This document shows, in pieces, positions 10,977-22,279 of a DNA stretch of 64,000 nt. How positions within the stretch are numbered: position 1 is the stretch's first letter; each line of letters opens with the position of its first letter. The position numbers and the translations under genes were made by a program. This DNA comes from an uncultured Poribacteria bacterium (GTDB taxonomy: Bacteria > Poribacteria > WGA-4E > WGA-3G), in the NCBI GenBank assembly GCA_951813565.1, contig OX638351.1:3968001-4032000 (forward strand), read 5' to 3'. Under the pieces are notes generated by a model that had not been told where the DNA came from, made no database searches, and worked only from the letters and a program-made list of their open reading frames with translations.

Positions 10977-12485
10977 TTGCAATCCAAATTCCAAGAACTT
11001 AAAACCCGTCTGATTGAGGTAAATGATATCCAATCCGCATCTGGTCTTCTGCACTGGGATCAGTCCACATATATGCCACCAGGCGGTGCTGCCGCTCGTG
11101 CCCGGCAAACCGCGACACTTAGCCGTTTAGCACACGAAAAGTTCACTGACCCTGCCATTGGTAAACTGCTTGACGCGCTAACATCTTATGGAGAGAGCCT
11201 CGGTTACGATTCTGACGAGGCAGGTTTGCTCCGTGTCACCAGAAGAAAATATGAACGTGCGATTAAAATCCCTGCAGAATTCATGGCAGAGGTCGCAACT
11301 CACACATCAGAATCGTATCAGGTTTGGACAGTAGCACGGCATGCGAATGATTTTGAGAGAGTGCGTCCTTATCTTGAAAAGACACTTGAATATAGTCGTC
11401 AATCCGCTAATTTCTTTCCCGGATATGATCACATTGCTGATCCACTGATTGAGCCGAGAGATTACGGTATGAAAGCATCAGATGTCAGTCTCGTCTTTGG
11501 TGAGCTGCGAAAAGAACTCGTGCCTATTGCTTCTGCTATAACGTCGCAAACGCCTGCAGACGATTCATGTCTGCATAAACATTATCCAGAAGATAAACAG
11601 TTGGAATTCGGTATGGAAGTTGCAAAAAAGTTTGGATACGACCTCAATCGTGGACGTCAAGATAAAACACACCATCCATTTATGACAAAGTTTTCATTGG
11701 GAGATGTCCGAATCACGACCCGCTCAAAAGAAGATAGTTTAGGTGAGGCGCTTTTCTGCACGATGCACGAAACCGGCCACGCACTTTATGAACAGGGTAT
11801 CTGCACTGAGTTTGAAGGCACACCGCTTGCCCGCGGCATTTCTGCTGGTGTTCACGAAAGCCAATCGCGTCTCTGGGAAAACATTGTTGGAAGAAGTAAA
11901 GGATTCTGGAAGTGTTTCTATCCGCAGCTGCAAAATTTCTTCCCTGAGCAGCTCGGTTCTGTTCCCGTAGATACATTTCATCGTGCAATAAATAAGGTTG
12001 AACGTTCCCTCATCCGCACAGAAGCAGACGAAGTTACCTATAATCTACACGTGATGTTGCGTTTCTATTTTGAGTTGGCACTGTTAGAAGGTGAAATGGA
12101 AATTAAAGACCTGCCTAACGCTTGGCGTGAACGATTTGAAGCAGATTTCGGCATTGTTCCGCCAGATGACAAAGACGGTGTTATGCAAGATGTCCACTGG
12201 TATTTTGGACTCATTGGTGGTTCATTCCAAGGATATACATTGGGCAATATCTTAGGCGCACAATTTTTCTCGTCTGCACTTGAAGCACACCCAGAAATAT
12301 CTATTGAAATTGAAATGGGTGAATTTAGCACGCTGCATAATTGGTTGAAAGACAACGTTTACCAGCACGGGTCAAAATACACAGCACCTGAAATTATTGA
12401 ACGGGCAACAGGTAAACCTATGACTATTGCACCTTATATTAACTATCTTCGGACGAAATATGGTGAATTGTATACACTAAACTAA
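10977..12485 (+). CDS. Carboxypeptidase M32 (Taq family)
   Basis: Motifs HETGHALYEQG, HESQSR, IRTEADE, QDVHW; TTG start after AGGAG. Confidence 0.92.
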   Translation: MQSKFQELKTRLIEVNDIQSASGLLHWDQSTYMPPGGAAARARQTATLSRLAHEKFTDPAIGKLLDALTSYGESLGYDSDEAGLLRVTRRKYERAIKIPAEFMAEVATHTSESYQVWTVARHANDFERVRPYLEKTLEYSRQSANFFPGYDHIADPLIEPRDYGMKASDVSLVFGELRKELVPIASAITSQTPADDSCLHKHYPEDKQLEFGMEVAKKFGYDLNRGRQDKTHHPFMTKFSLGDVRITTRSKEDSLGEALFCTMHETGHALYEQGICTEFEGTPLARGISAGVHESQSRLWENIVGRSKGFWKCFYPQLQNFFPEQLGSVPVDTFHRAINKVERSLIRTEADEVTYNLHVMLRFYFELALLEGEMEIKDLPNAWRERFEADFGIVPPDDKDGVMQDVHWYFGLIGGSFQGYTLGNILGAQFFSSALEAHPEISIEIEMGEFSTLHNWLKDNVYQHGSKYTAPEIIERATGKPMTIAPYINYLRTKYGELYTLN

Positions 12486-12500
12486 AATGGGATAACCGCT

Positions 12501-13013
12501 ATGGTATTTCGGCAAATTCTGTTTTCCTCTTTCCTATGCTGCTTTCTTGTAGGATGTGGCGCAATAAAACTTGTTGATATTCCAAAAAGCAGTTCTGCGC
12601 TTCAACTAACTGCTGAGCAGAAGAAGACAATTCAACCAAAACTGAAGCTTATCCGTGATGTAGTTGATGATTACGATTTTGAGAAGAGGCAGTTGGAAGG
12701 TAATTTGCGGGAGTATCGCGCAATGGCAAGTGATAGGAGACTTTATCGATATGATGGCGGACTGAGCACAGCACAAAGGCAACGGAGGCTTACCCAGGTT
12801 CGCACAAAAGTACGGAAATTTCTTTCACAACGAAGTACATTTCTGAAAGAAATCGAAAAACTACTCCAAGAAATTAATGCCGAACTTACTGCTGAGCAGC
12901 GAGTTGCTTTCAATGCGCTTAAAATGCCTGAATTAGAGATACCACGCTCACTACGACGCGACCCACATGCTGATTTGCGCCGTATTCCGAGGCACCTGAT
13001 AGGGGTGCAATAA
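12501..13013 (+). CDS. Hypothetical lipoprotein
   Basis: Lipobox LVGC; helical body. Confidence 0.6.
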   Translation: MVFRQILFSSFLCCFLVGCGAIKLVDIPKSSSALQLTAEQKKTIQPKLKLIRDVVDDYDFEKRQLEGNLREYRAMASDRRLYRYDGGLSTAQRQRRLTQVRTKVRKFLSQRSTFLKEIEKLLQEINAELTAEQRVAFNALKMPELEIPRSLRRDPHADLRRIPRHLIGVQ

Positions 13014-13127
13014 AAAAGTCGTACAAAATCGTCACCTGCGCGCTACCCAACCGACTGGCATGCTCTTATCTATTTTTCATCTTCCTCATATTCAACAAGC
13101 GGTCAGGACAGAAGGAATAAGAAAATC

Positions 13128-13720
13128 ATGAAAAACACGTTGTGTTTAATTTTGATGAAACTGTTCATAACACTTACAATCACACCAAGCACCTTCGCTC
13201 AAGATTATATCCAATGGGGTTTACCCGAAGGTGTAAAAGTGCGGCTCGGTAAAGGTGGGATAAACGAAATAGCCTACTCTCCTGATGGCGCGAAGCTTGC
13301 GGTTGCCAGCGCAATCGGTATTTGGATTTACAGGACACAGACAGGTGAAGAACTTGACCTATACACGGGGCATACGGGTGAGGTGCTCGGCGTGTCGTTT
13401 AGCCCAGATGGAAAAATTATCGCAAGTGCAAGTTATGACAACACCATCCGTCTGTGGGATGCGGACACAGGCGAACATTTACGGACACTATCGGGGCATA
13501 CAGATTGGGTCAGTAGTGTCGCGTTTAGCCGAATGGAAACATAATCGCAAGTAGCAGTGATGACAACACCATCCGTCTGTGGAACGCACACGATGGCACA
13601 CATTTCCGCACACTATTGGGACATACGAGTTGGGTCTTTTGCGTAGCGTTTAGCCGGATGGAAAAACTATCGCATGTAGCAGCAGAGGCGGCACTGTGTT
13701 GTTGTGGGATCTCACGGTTG
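13128..13720 (+). pseudogene. WD40-repeat protein, frameshifted
   Basis: GH..V..V.FSPDG..IAS.S.D.TIRLWD repeats continue across frameshifts at ~13530 and ~13660. Confidence 0.75.
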
Positions 13721-13967
13721 ATAATGTGGATTAGGTTGCGTACCTTTCGCCTTACCCGTTCCTGGAGTTTCTTCGTAGGTCGAGAAGAGCGAAACTGTAG
13801 GTTGGGCAGAAAGGAACAGAGAAGATCACTAAAAATACAGAAACATCCCACCAAAGCAATGTCCTACATCTCAGGATAGCAGGGGTGAAAGCCATAAGTT
13901 CAATTTAAGAACAAAATTGGTGGATGCTCCTTTGTTAGAGGGTTTTGTAAGCCCGATTTTCTTCTTG

Positions 13968-14010
13968 TAGGAGCGACCTCCCGGTCGCGACCGGGAGGTC
14001 GCTCCTACAG
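13968..14010. repeat. GTAG-type REP-like palindrome
   Basis: GTAGGAGCGACCTCCCGGTCGCGACCGGGAGGTCGCTCCTAC; related GTCGCGA..GCTCCTAC copies at ~41863, ~43168, ~45013 and ~52158. Confidence 0.7.
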
Positions 14011-14209
14011 AATGTAAGAGGTGCAAAAAACCATACGTGAATTTGGCATTGATTTGGCAATGAATTGCGAGATTACAAACGCGTTTTTTCTTAAGTTAGC
14101 ACCTATGGGGTAGCAGCGGTGAAACCCAGAAAATTCCAAAAGAGGCGCAATGAATTGCGCGACTACAAGTGCTACAAATCCGAAATGACGTTTTGGATTA
14201 TAGATTTGA

Positions 14210-15175
14210 TTACGAGAGTACCCGTTCAAAAAAATGGTCTAAAAACGCATCTGCATCAACCTTTATACAGACACTTGCGTTCGGCACTGAATTATGACGG
14301 TCACGCCGCAGGTCAGCAACGGTCATGCCACTCGTCAAATTGCCTTCGGTTTCAACTTGCACATACGCTTCAACGCTCTCAAAAAAGCCTGGATGTGTCA
14401 ACATACCGATAGGTAACGCATCGTGGATATGCAACCCGTAGAAACCGACGTGTTCACGATAAAATTCCATGCAAGGTTGTGTCGATTCTTTAAGAAAACA
14501 GGAAATTTTATCGCTTCGCCCTTCAATTTCAGCATCAAGTCGTTCACCAGTTAACCTAACCTGATGGGTTACATCCAATGGTGCGATGTGAACAGGCATA
14601 CCGGAATTGAACACTTCATGTGCTGCGTGTGGATCAACAAAGACATTGAATTCTGCAGTTGTGGTAACATTGCCATATTCGCTAAATACACCACCCATCA
14701 AGACGATGCTCCGAAGCCTCTGCATACATTCTGCGTCTTTTTGGATTGCTCTTGAGATATTTGTTAAGGGACCCAAAGCAACAACAACCAATTCGTCAGG
14801 AAAACGATCTACCGTCTCAAGGATTAAGTCAACACCAGAGATCGTTGAAATTTCACAGTTTGCTAATGGATAACGCGGACTTCCATCAGGATTGCGCAGC
14901 TTGCTGATATTGCCTAATCCATCTTCACCGTGCACGTGTTCTGCCATTACAAGTGGTTTAACAAGCGGTTGGGCCTCACCTTTTGCGACAATAGGATATT
15001 CAGTCAATTCAAGTAAACTTAAAATCGTCAATAAGTTCTGCGTTGCTTGTTCAACGTGCACATTTCCACTAACGGTAGTTATTGCCTCTACCTGTAATTC
15101 CGGTGATTTCATGGCGAGGAGAATCGCAAGCGCGTCGTCTACACCAGGGTCTGTATCTATTAGTATTCGATGCAT
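14210..15175 (-). CDS. Inosine/uridine-preferring nucleoside hydrolase
   Basis: Motifs DTDPGVDDA, HGEDGLG, LGPLTN, AEFNVFVDPHAA, HD. Confidence 0.92.
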   Translation of the reverse strand: MHRILIDTDPGVDDALAILLAMKSPELQVEAITTVSGNVHVEQATQNLLTILSLLELTEYPIVAKGEAQPLVKPLVMAEHVHGEDGLGNISKLRNPDGSPRYPLANCEISTISGVDLILETVDRFPDELVVVALGPLTNISRAIQKDAECMQRLRSIVLMGGVFSEYGNVTTTAEFNVFVDPHAAHEVFNSGMPVHIAPLDVTHQVRLTGERLDAEIEGRSDKISCFLKESTQPCMEFYREHVGFYGLHIHDALPIGMLTHPGFFESVEAYVQVETEGNLTSGMTVADLRRDRHNSVPNASVCIKVDADAFLDHFFERVLS

Positions 15176-15370
15176 TGTTTAAATTCCGTCTTTTGATATG
15201 CTAAAAAGTCTTTACTATTTTACATCTAAAGAACATATTTGTCCAATTTCCAGTATTTTTTCGGTGTGTAAAATTTTTGGCATGAATACTCCTTCTCTCT
15301 TGTAGGAGGGGTTTTCAACTCCGATTAATCGGGCTTACAAAGCCCTCCTACAAAAGAAAGGGCAAAGTTA

Positions 15371-16165
15371 ATGACAAAATATTCACACACTCGTATTATT
15401 TTTCATGCTGTTTTCATATCTCTTTTTTTACCCGCCTGCATCCCTGTCGTAGCGCAAGTTAATGTATTCACTGGCGAAACGATGAAAAAGATGCAGATGA
15501 ATCCGGGATGGTATAACAGCATCAACCTTGATATAGCCTATCGCAGCGGGAATACTGAACTACTCACCTTGAGAACTCGCTTCCGTTCCGACTACCTGTC
15601 CAAAACATATCACGGTTTCATTTTCGGTAGTCTTCAACAAGGCAGAAAAAACGGTATATTTTTCACGAACAAAGGTATGGTCCACGGGCGTATTATCCGA
15701 AATTTTACAGATCATATCTTGATTGAATCCTTTGTACAGAAACAATATAATGAATCAATTCTGCTAAACGACCGTAGTTTATTAGGCGGTGGGGTCCGCT
15801 TCGCTGTACGTTCACCTCAATCACGATTTAACCTCTATTTAGGCACTGGAGCAATGTGGGAACACGAACGTATTAATGACAAAATAGAAGGAGAAGTTAC
15901 AACCCGAATTGTCCGTTCAACCAACTACATTAATTGGACAGTGCAGCTGGATGAACGTATTTCCACAAGCGCGACAGCATATTATCAGGTACATGTGAGG
16001 CATGTAGCAGATTATCGTATTTTGTTTGAGGGAAGCGTTTTGTTCCGCCTGACAACGAAATTGTCATTTCCATTTCGCGTGAATTTCCGCTATGATAACG
16101 AACCACCTGCTGGAATCCAAAAACATGATATGGAAATTTTTAACGGGTTAAGTTATACTTTCTAA
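15371..16165 (+). CDS. DUF481-like outer-membrane beta-barrel protein
   Basis: Signal peptide, SGNT motif, alternating beta pattern, C-terminal YTF. Confidence 0.7.
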   Translation: MTKYSHTRIIFHAVFISLFLPACIPVVAQVNVFTGETMKKMQMNPGWYNSINLDIAYRSGNTELLTLRTRFRSDYLSKTYHGFIFGSLQQGRKNGIFFTNKGMVHGRIIRNFTDHILIESFVQKQYNESILLNDRSLLGGGVRFAVRSPQSRFNLYLGTGAMWEHERINDKIEGEVTTRIVRSTNYINWTVQLDERISTSATAYYQVHVRHVADYRILFEGSVLFRLTTKLSFPFRVNFRYDNEPPAGIQKHDMEIFNGLSYTF

Positions 16166-16200
16166 AAGACACTGACTGAATACATTGGAGGAGTTTTCTC

Positions 16201-17160
16201 ATGAAATTTTTGTGTTATATAACTGCGGTAATTGTTTGCTTAGGTTTGTGCGTTTTGACTATATCTAACATCGCTTGGACAGATGGTCATCTTCAGATTA
16301 TGGAAAAAGAAAAGAAAATCGTTTTGAAGGGACAAATATCCAAGGCACTTGGTGAATACGATTCACATCTGAAAGGAGCAGTTGAGTATCTGTTTTGTGG
16401 ACCTAATGGTAAGAAATACGAAAGTATCATCGTTATTGATGCAACTGCGAAAGAAATTTACGAAGCGATGAATAAACTCGGTGTTAAGCCCGGAAATCCT
16501 GTTGACCAAGACATGGAAACAGAGGAGAAGATTCCTGCTAAGGGCCCTACTGTTATCATCAATGTTGAATGGACAAATGGTAAAGAAACAAAAAAAGTAC
16601 GCGGTGAAGACCTATTATATAATGTAAAAACTAAGAAACCTATGAAACATGTCGCTTGGATGTACACAGGTTCACGGATGGTGTATGATCTTGATGGCGA
16701 GGATGAAGACGCAATGATTCCGTTGGCATTTTCGAGCAACGACATTGCTGCCCTTAACCATGCTGATCCGAGCACGTTGTTTATTAACCCTTTACCTGAA
16801 TCAGAAGAAGAAAATTTGTACAAAAAGAATGACGACTTATTGCCAGAACTTGGTACCGCTGTCAAACTGACGATTGAGGTCAACCGAAAAATACAGCTAT
16901 ATGTGTTAATTAGCGGTAAGGTGCAAGGAGTTGGTTTCCGTAATTTCACCCAAAGGAACGCCAAACAAATCGGAATCAACGGCTATGCCAAGAATTTAGC
17001 CAATGGTAAGGTTGAGGTTGTCGCGGAAGGTGAAAAAGTGCTGTTAGACGCATTGGTGAAAAAACTATGGCAAGGTCCCCGCGCTTCAAAGGTTGACGAC
17101 ATCAAAATTGAGGAACGCGCCTTCACCGGTGAATATAAAACTTTTGGCATCCGGTATTGA
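16201..17160 (+). CDS. Exported YdjY-like domain fused to C-terminal acylphosphatase
   Basis: C-terminal ISGKVQGVGFR...GYAKNLANGKVEVVAEG acylphosphatase motif. Confidence 0.75.
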   Translation: MKFLCYITAVIVCLGLCVLTISNIAWTDGHLQIMEKEKKIVLKGQISKALGEYDSHLKGAVEYLFCGPNGKKYESIIVIDATAKEIYEAMNKLGVKPGNPVDQDMETEEKIPAKGPTVIINVEWTNGKETKKVRGEDLLYNVKTKKPMKHVAWMYTGSRMVYDLDGEDEDAMIPLAFSSNDIAALNHADPSTLFINPLPESEEENLYKKNDDLLPELGTAVKLTIEVNRKIQLYVLISGKVQGVGFRNFTQRNAKQIGINGYAKNLANGKVEVVAEGEKVLLDALVKKLWQGPRASKVDDIKIEERAFTGEYKTFGIRY

Positions 17161-17163
17161 GTT

Positions 17164-17802
17164 ATGATGGAAACGCCTTTACCGTTTATTTCAGGAATAC
17201 TGCTTGCCGCGGGTCTATCTACAAGGATGAGACAACCGAAACAATTGCTTCCTTTTGGCAAAAGCACAATCGTTGAAACTGTGGTTGATAATATGCTTGA
17301 TGCTAAGTATAGTGAGGTCATCGTTGTTGTTGGACATTGTGCCGAGCAAATTCAAGATTTATTAGTGGAGCGTCCGGTTAAAATCGTTTTTAATCCTGAT
17401 TATCGTGAAGGTATGTTAACTTCAGCACAGGCGGGGATCCGGTCGATCGACTTTGAAAATGCAAGGAATAAATCTGATAGAGATGCATTCTCACTCATGT
17501 TGGTTGACCAACCTTTTATTATATCTGCCTTGATTGACAAGGTGATTGATGCCTACGCGCAAACCGATAGAGGCATTGTTTTGCCGAGCTATAATTATCA
17601 ACGTGGGCATCCTGTCATTTTTCATCATGGATATGCTGATGATATTTTAGCATTAGGTGCGGAGAGCGGTGGAGTCCGTTCCTTGTTTAAATCCCACAGC
17701 GAAGATATTTATTACGTCCCTGTTGACACCGATGATGTGCTGCGGGATATTGATTACCGAGAAGATTATGAACGTGCCATTAAAAAAATCAATAATTTAT
17801 AG
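17164..17802 (+). CDS. mocA: Molybdenum cofactor cytidylyltransferase-like nucleotidyltransferase
   Basis: Motifs LAAGLSTRM..PKQLL, DQP, GHPV, DID. Confidence 0.75.
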   Translation: MMETPLPFISGILLAAGLSTRMRQPKQLLPFGKSTIVETVVDNMLDAKYSEVIVVVGHCAEQIQDLLVERPVKIVFNPDYREGMLTSAQAGIRSIDFENARNKSDRDAFSLMLVDQPFIISALIDKVIDAYAQTDRGIVLPSYNYQRGHPVIFHHGYADDILALGAESGGVRSLFKSHSEDIYYVPVDTDDVLRDIDYREDYERAIKKINNL

Positions 17803-17827
17803 GATATGTGGTTTCTAATTCTATATT

Positions 17828-18721
17828 ATGTTTGAATCAATTGAAAACGTTCAGGCTTTATGTGAAAAACAGGCTTACATCGCAGATAAGGGTTTAGCAA
17901 CAACGCTCTATCTTGCACATCACCTCAAAAAACCGATTTTTTTAGAAGGCGAACCGGGGGTTGGCAAGACCGAGGTTGCCAAAGTCCTTGCAGATGCCAC
18001 AAGAGCAAAATTAATTCGCTTGCAGTGTTATGAAGGCTTGGATGTGAATAGCGCACTGTATGAATGGAACTACACCCGACAGATTTTGCAACTCCGTATA
18101 GATGAAGCACAGGGACGCGACAAAAAAGAGATCGGAACGGATATATTTTCCGAAAAATTTTTGCTCAAACGACCCTTGCTTGAAGCGATCCAAGGCAACG
18201 GAGATGTTCCACCCGTCTTACTGATTGACGAAGTTGATCGGAGCGATAGCGAATTTGAGGCATTTCTACTTGAAATTTTGTCTGATTTCCAAATTACAAT
18301 ACCTGAAATTGGTACGATCCGTGCCAGACAGATCCCCTACGTTGTGTTAACCTCAAATCGAACACGGGAGGTGCATGAAGCACTCAAACGACGGTGCCTT
18401 TATCAATGGATAGATTATCCGACTGTAGAGAAGGAATTGGCGATTGTACAGACAAAACTGCCACAGATCAATGAACACCTTGCACAGCAGCTATGTCAGA
18501 TGATGCAACTGTGGCGGGAAGGTGACTTCTATAAAAAACCGGGAATTGCAGAAACATTGGATTGGGGTTTAGCGATTTTAGCGCTCGGTAAAACACAATT
18601 AGATCAAGATATTGTTGCTGAAACTCTCGGATGTGTTTTTAAATATCAAGATGACATTCAACGTGCCAGTGGTGTGGAGTTAAGCGAAATAGATAAACAA
18701 ACAAATGAACCGAAGCAATAA
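17828..18721 (+). CDS. MoxR-family AAA+ ATPase (CoxD-like)
   Basis: Motifs GEPGVGKT, RLQCYEGLD, LLIDEVD, TSNRTRE..EALKRRC. Confidence 0.88.
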   Translation: MFESIENVQALCEKQAYIADKGLATTLYLAHHLKKPIFLEGEPGVGKTEVAKVLADATRAKLIRLQCYEGLDVNSALYEWNYTRQILQLRIDEAQGRDKKEIGTDIFSEKFLLKRPLLEAIQGNGDVPPVLLIDEVDRSDSEFEAFLLEILSDFQITIPEIGTIRARQIPYVVLTSNRTREVHEALKRRCLYQWIDYPTVEKELAIVQTKLPQINEHLAQQLCQMMQLWREGDFYKKPGIAETLDWGLAILALGKTQLDQDIVAETLGCVFKYQDDIQRASGVELSEIDKQTNEPKQ

Positions 18722-20426
18722 ACACCGACATGTTCAAAGAAAAATCTTCATCGGTATCGGATATCCACTTCTCGTTGCTGCTGCTTTCTGCACGATGGTG
18801 CCACTTTTATGGTTATTAAGTTCATCTTTCAAGACAGCCGATGAAGTCTTTTCAGTGCCAATTCGGTGGTTTCCCAAACTTCCACCGCGTATCACATCCT
18901 CACCCTATATCGTCACCGATGCCTATCCAAAAATTAAAAAACCTCCTTCAGTTGATCCTGAGACCTGGGAGACACTGCAACCTGAGTTAGAACAAGTAAT
19001 TTGGGTAAATGTGCAGGAACATATTGCGATAAATCCGCGGCTTGTGTCTTCTGTAATATCTGAGGATATGAAAATCGAGATGACAAAAGGCGTTTGGCAG
19101 CAGCATGTTGCAACACTACCGACTGAAGTGTGGAGTGGCACAACAGAATCTATTGTCAAGGCAGTAGAGAGTTCTATTATCCCTGAAACCATCGAAACGA
19201 TCTTGAATTCAGTCTACCGACAGGTTAACTTAGGCACTATTGAAATAGAAGATATAGAATTCAACCGAATGGAGGTTGAATCTGTAAAGTGGGATGCAGA
19301 TTCAGACACATTACAGCAGATTCACGAGTTTGCAATTCCAGAACCAATTGCCGCGCTATCCTACGACTTCCAAGACGAAAGCAATGTACAATTGACAACT
19401 ACGATTTCTTCTCCTGTTCCTGTAAACCAAATTCGTCGGATCATACTTCCTGTCCGTGGAGATGCATCTTATCATCAACTCTCTTTAGCCATCTCTGTAG
19501 ATGCTACCACCTATAAATCTACACAACCTTATGTCTTGGACACTGCTTTGTGGGAAAACAGTGTGTGGCGGTTGCATGGAATCCCTGGTGAGTTAGAATC
19601 ATCACACATCTCGATGCGGCAAATTGAGGCAAAGGCTGGATTGACAAATGATGAAACTGCTAAACCTGATATGGCATTAGAAACAGACGCTGAAAACAAG
19701 TTATTCCTACAATTAACAATTCACCGACCAGCATATCTTGCAATTGTATGGAATAAACTCACCTCTAACTATCGCAATTTATGGAAGGCAGTGCCGTATA
19801 ACCGGTATTTCATCAATAGTGTTTTTATCGCGACTGCGTCAACGCTACTCACACTGTTCTTCTGTTCACTCGGTGGGTATGCGTTTGCGAAATATCAGTT
19901 TCGCGGCAAGACAATCCTATTCGGTATCCTGCTTGCTTCCATGATGGTACCGTTTCAGGTACTGCTTGTGCCGTTGTTTGGATTGATGTATGACATCGGT
20001 TGGCTTAATAGCTACAAAGCAATTATAATCCCATTTTCTGTCGGAGCGTTTGGTGTGTTTCTAATGCGTCAATTTATTGTTACTATTCCATCAGAGCTGC
20101 TTGATGCTGCACGGATTGATGGCTGTTCAGAATTCGGAATATATTATAGAATAGTTTTGCCTATTATCAAACCTGCGCTTGGTGCGTTGACTATCTATTC
20201 TTTTTTGAGTTCGTGGAACGGGTATCTTTGGCCCCTCATCGTTTTGCGCGATGAGGCAAAATATACGTTACCTATCGGTTTAGCAAATCTGATTGGCATC
20301 TATCGGCAAGATTACGGCATGTTAATGGCAGGAACGCTGCTGTCGTTGTTGCCAATAGTCATTCTCTTTTTAGCCATGCAACGCGAATTTGTGCAAGGGA
20401 TTACCCTTGGAAGTGTTAAGGAGTAA
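18705..20426 (+). CDS. Carbohydrate ABC transporter permease with a large extracytoplasmic insertion
   Basis: EAA-like loop ELLDAARIDG; MalG-type TM region. Confidence 0.85.
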   Translation: MNRSNKHRHVQRKIFIGIGYPLLVAAAFCTMVPLLWLLSSSFKTADEVFSVPIRWFPKLPPRITSSPYIVTDAYPKIKKPPSVDPETWETLQPELEQVIWVNVQEHIAINPRLVSSVISEDMKIEMTKGVWQQHVATLPTEVWSGTTESIVKAVESSIIPETIETILNSVYRQVNLGTIEIEDIEFNRMEVESVKWDADSDTLQQIHEFAIPEPIAALSYDFQDESNVQLTTTISSPVPVNQIRRIILPVRGDASYHQLSLAISVDATTYKSTQPYVLDTALWENSVWRLHGIPGELESSHISMRQIEAKAGLTNDETAKPDMALETDAENKLFLQLTIHRPAYLAIVWNKLTSNYRNLWKAVPYNRYFINSVFIATASTLLTLFFCSLGGYAFAKYQFRGKTILFGILLASMMVPFQVLLVPLFGLMYDIGWLNSYKAIIIPFSVGAFGVFLMRQFIVTIPSELLDAARIDGCSEFGIYYRIVLPIIKPALGALTIYSFLSSWNGYLWPLIVLRDEAKYTLPIGLANLIGIYRQDYGMLMAGTLLSLLPIVILFLAMQREFVQGITLGSVKE

Positions 20427-20431
20427 ACACT

Positions 20432-20764
20432 ATGTCTGAATGGACAACGGTTACGAAAACGTCAGCGATTAAAGAAGGACGCGGAAAATCTTTTACCGTC
20501 AATGGAAGACGGATCGCTATTTTGAATGAAAAAGGTAAGTTCTGTGCTGTGGACAATACCTGTCCACATGCGATGGGTTCACTTGGTCGTGGAAGGATAC
20601 GGAACGGGACTGTTGTGTGTCCGGTTCATGGATACGTCTACAATACAGAAACAGGTGAATGTCAGACTGATCCGCGTCTGCGGATTAGAACCTATCCCGT
20701 TATCGTAGAAGATGAGGAAATAAAAGTTCAAACACAATTGAAAAAGTCAGAATTTACGCAATAA
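20432..20764 (+). CDS. Rieske [2Fe-2S] ferredoxin
   Basis: CPH...CPVHG. Confidence 0.88.
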   Translation: MSEWTTVTKTSAIKEGRGKSFTVNGRRIAILNEKGKFCAVDNTCPHAMGSLGRGRIRNGTVVCPVHGYVYNTETGECQTDPRLRIRTYPVIVEDEEIKVQTQLKKSEFTQ

Positions 20765-20828
20765 TACCATTTCTGATATATAATACCATTTCTATAAAAT
20801 AACATACCTCTTAAGAAATAGCTGGTTC

Positions 20829-20967
20829 GTAGTCGCGCAATTTATTGCCAAATCAACGCAGCATGCGCCAAATCAAGAAATCAACGCTACAAATGCCATT
20901 GAGGCATTTGGCGGGTATGAATGCCTTATGGCATTCCCCGTGTGGCATGCTGCGCCTCGGACATTCT
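20829..20967. repeat. Composite REP-like dispersed repeat
   Basis: GTAGTCGCGCAATT..GCCAAATCAACGCAGCATGCGCC is shared with ~58496; AATGCCTTATGGCATTCCCCGTGTGGCATGCTGCGCCTC is shared with ~58611 and, inverted, with 42126-42173. Confidence 0.75.
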
Positions 20968-20990
20968 AATTCGAAAGGGAATAAATTTTC

Positions 20991-21983
20991 CTAAGCGCGA
21001 ACCAGAAAAGGTTTATATGCCGCGTCTTCACCCGTTATCACACGTGCCAAATGCCTAACCTGAAGTTCAATGGAACGAAGGTAAGTCGTTTTTTCATTGC
21101 GGGTTGGGTGCTGAAATGTTTGTTGCATCCGTCCATAATACCCTGTAAGGAATCGGTCTAATGCTTTCTTCGTAAAGCGAATGCCTTTGTTGGTCCGCTC
21201 AAAATCTGCTGGTTTTATGCGGTTATTATTAACGAGTGTAAGGACATAACCATCCACAATAATTTGGCGGAATTCCTCCATCAGATCCGAGGCTAATGCG
21301 GCATGCCCATGCTTGGGTTGGTGAAAATAACCACAGTAGGGATCGAATCCAACGACATTGATAAATGTGTATACGTGATTATGTAGAAGTGTATAACCGA
21401 GTGAAAGCATGGCGTTAATTGGGTCTGGCGGTGGACGAAATTGGCGGGTTGTAAAGCCCCAATCGTGTGCCAGAAATTGCCGGAATGCGCGATAATGCGC
21501 AGCAGCACCAACGCCTTCGTATCCAAGAAGTGATTCCAAATTATCAGCTCGTTCAAGCTTCTCTAAGGTCTGGCGTGCTGAATGAATTGCCGAATTTACA
21601 TCTGCATTTTTGGTGCGCTGCCGTTGAGCGAACCGGATAGCGTTCATGAGTTTACCACGGACGAAACATTTCGCTAATGCAAGGCACCGCAGCGGATTCT
21701 CAGCAACAGCGTACTGCTGCTTGCGAATAAGAGTATCTTTGGCATAAGGTGGTTGTAATTTGCCTTTGTATTTGCCCTGTGTAGAAAGGAAAGAGACCGG
21801 GATATTTTTATGGAGCAAGTATCCCATCGTTTGCGTTGTGATATGTCCGTTGCCGAAAATGACAACTTCGTCAAGTTGAGCAATTGGGATTTCCTGTAGA
21901 ATTTCTCGATCTTTTTTTACGACGATCTGGTTTCCAGATTTATGGAGAACTGCTCCTTGTTGGGTGATGTAGAGAATTGCCAT
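20991..21983 (-). CDS. cas1: CRISPR-associated endonuclease Cas1
   Basis: Motifs LYITQQGAVL, GYEG..AA.Y, R.FRPP.DPINAMLSLGY, G.DPY.G.FH, LASDLMEEFR; ATG at 21983 with AGGAGG RBS. Confidence 0.96.
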   Translation of the reverse strand: MAILYITQQGAVLHKSGNQIVVKKDREILQEIPIAQLDEVVIFGNGHITTQTMGYLLHKNIPVSFLSTQGKYKGKLQPPYAKDTLIRKQQYAVAENPLRCLALAKCFVRGKLMNAIRFAQRQRTKNADVNSAIHSARQTLEKLERADNLESLLGYEGVGAAAHYRAFRQFLAHDWGFTTRQFRPPPDPINAMLSLGYTLLHNHVYTFINVVGFDPYCGYFHQPKHGHAALASDLMEEFRQIIVDGYVLTLVNNNRIKPADFERTNKGIRFTKKALDRFLTGYYGRMQQTFQHPTRNEKTTYLRSIELQVRHLARVITGEDAAYKPFLVRA

Positions 21984-22279
21984 CTTGTCCCTCCTATGTG
22001 AGTTTATGGTTTTGCCCAGTTTATTTATAACGTGAGTTTGATAAATCCCGTAGGGAATCAACACCGAATGCGCCTACGGCATTCGGTAGGGTAGAACGGA
22101 AATGGGCAATAAAAAACAGCCTCTAAAGAGAGGTTGTTGACCCATTTGAGGTCTACATTTCTGAAAAAATAAGTGAAACCCAACTCTTTAGAACTCTCAA
22201 GACGGTTGAATTGTTGGGTTTCGCTTCGCTCTACCCAACGGACTATATTCAATTTAATTATCAAACTCACGTTAATTAT

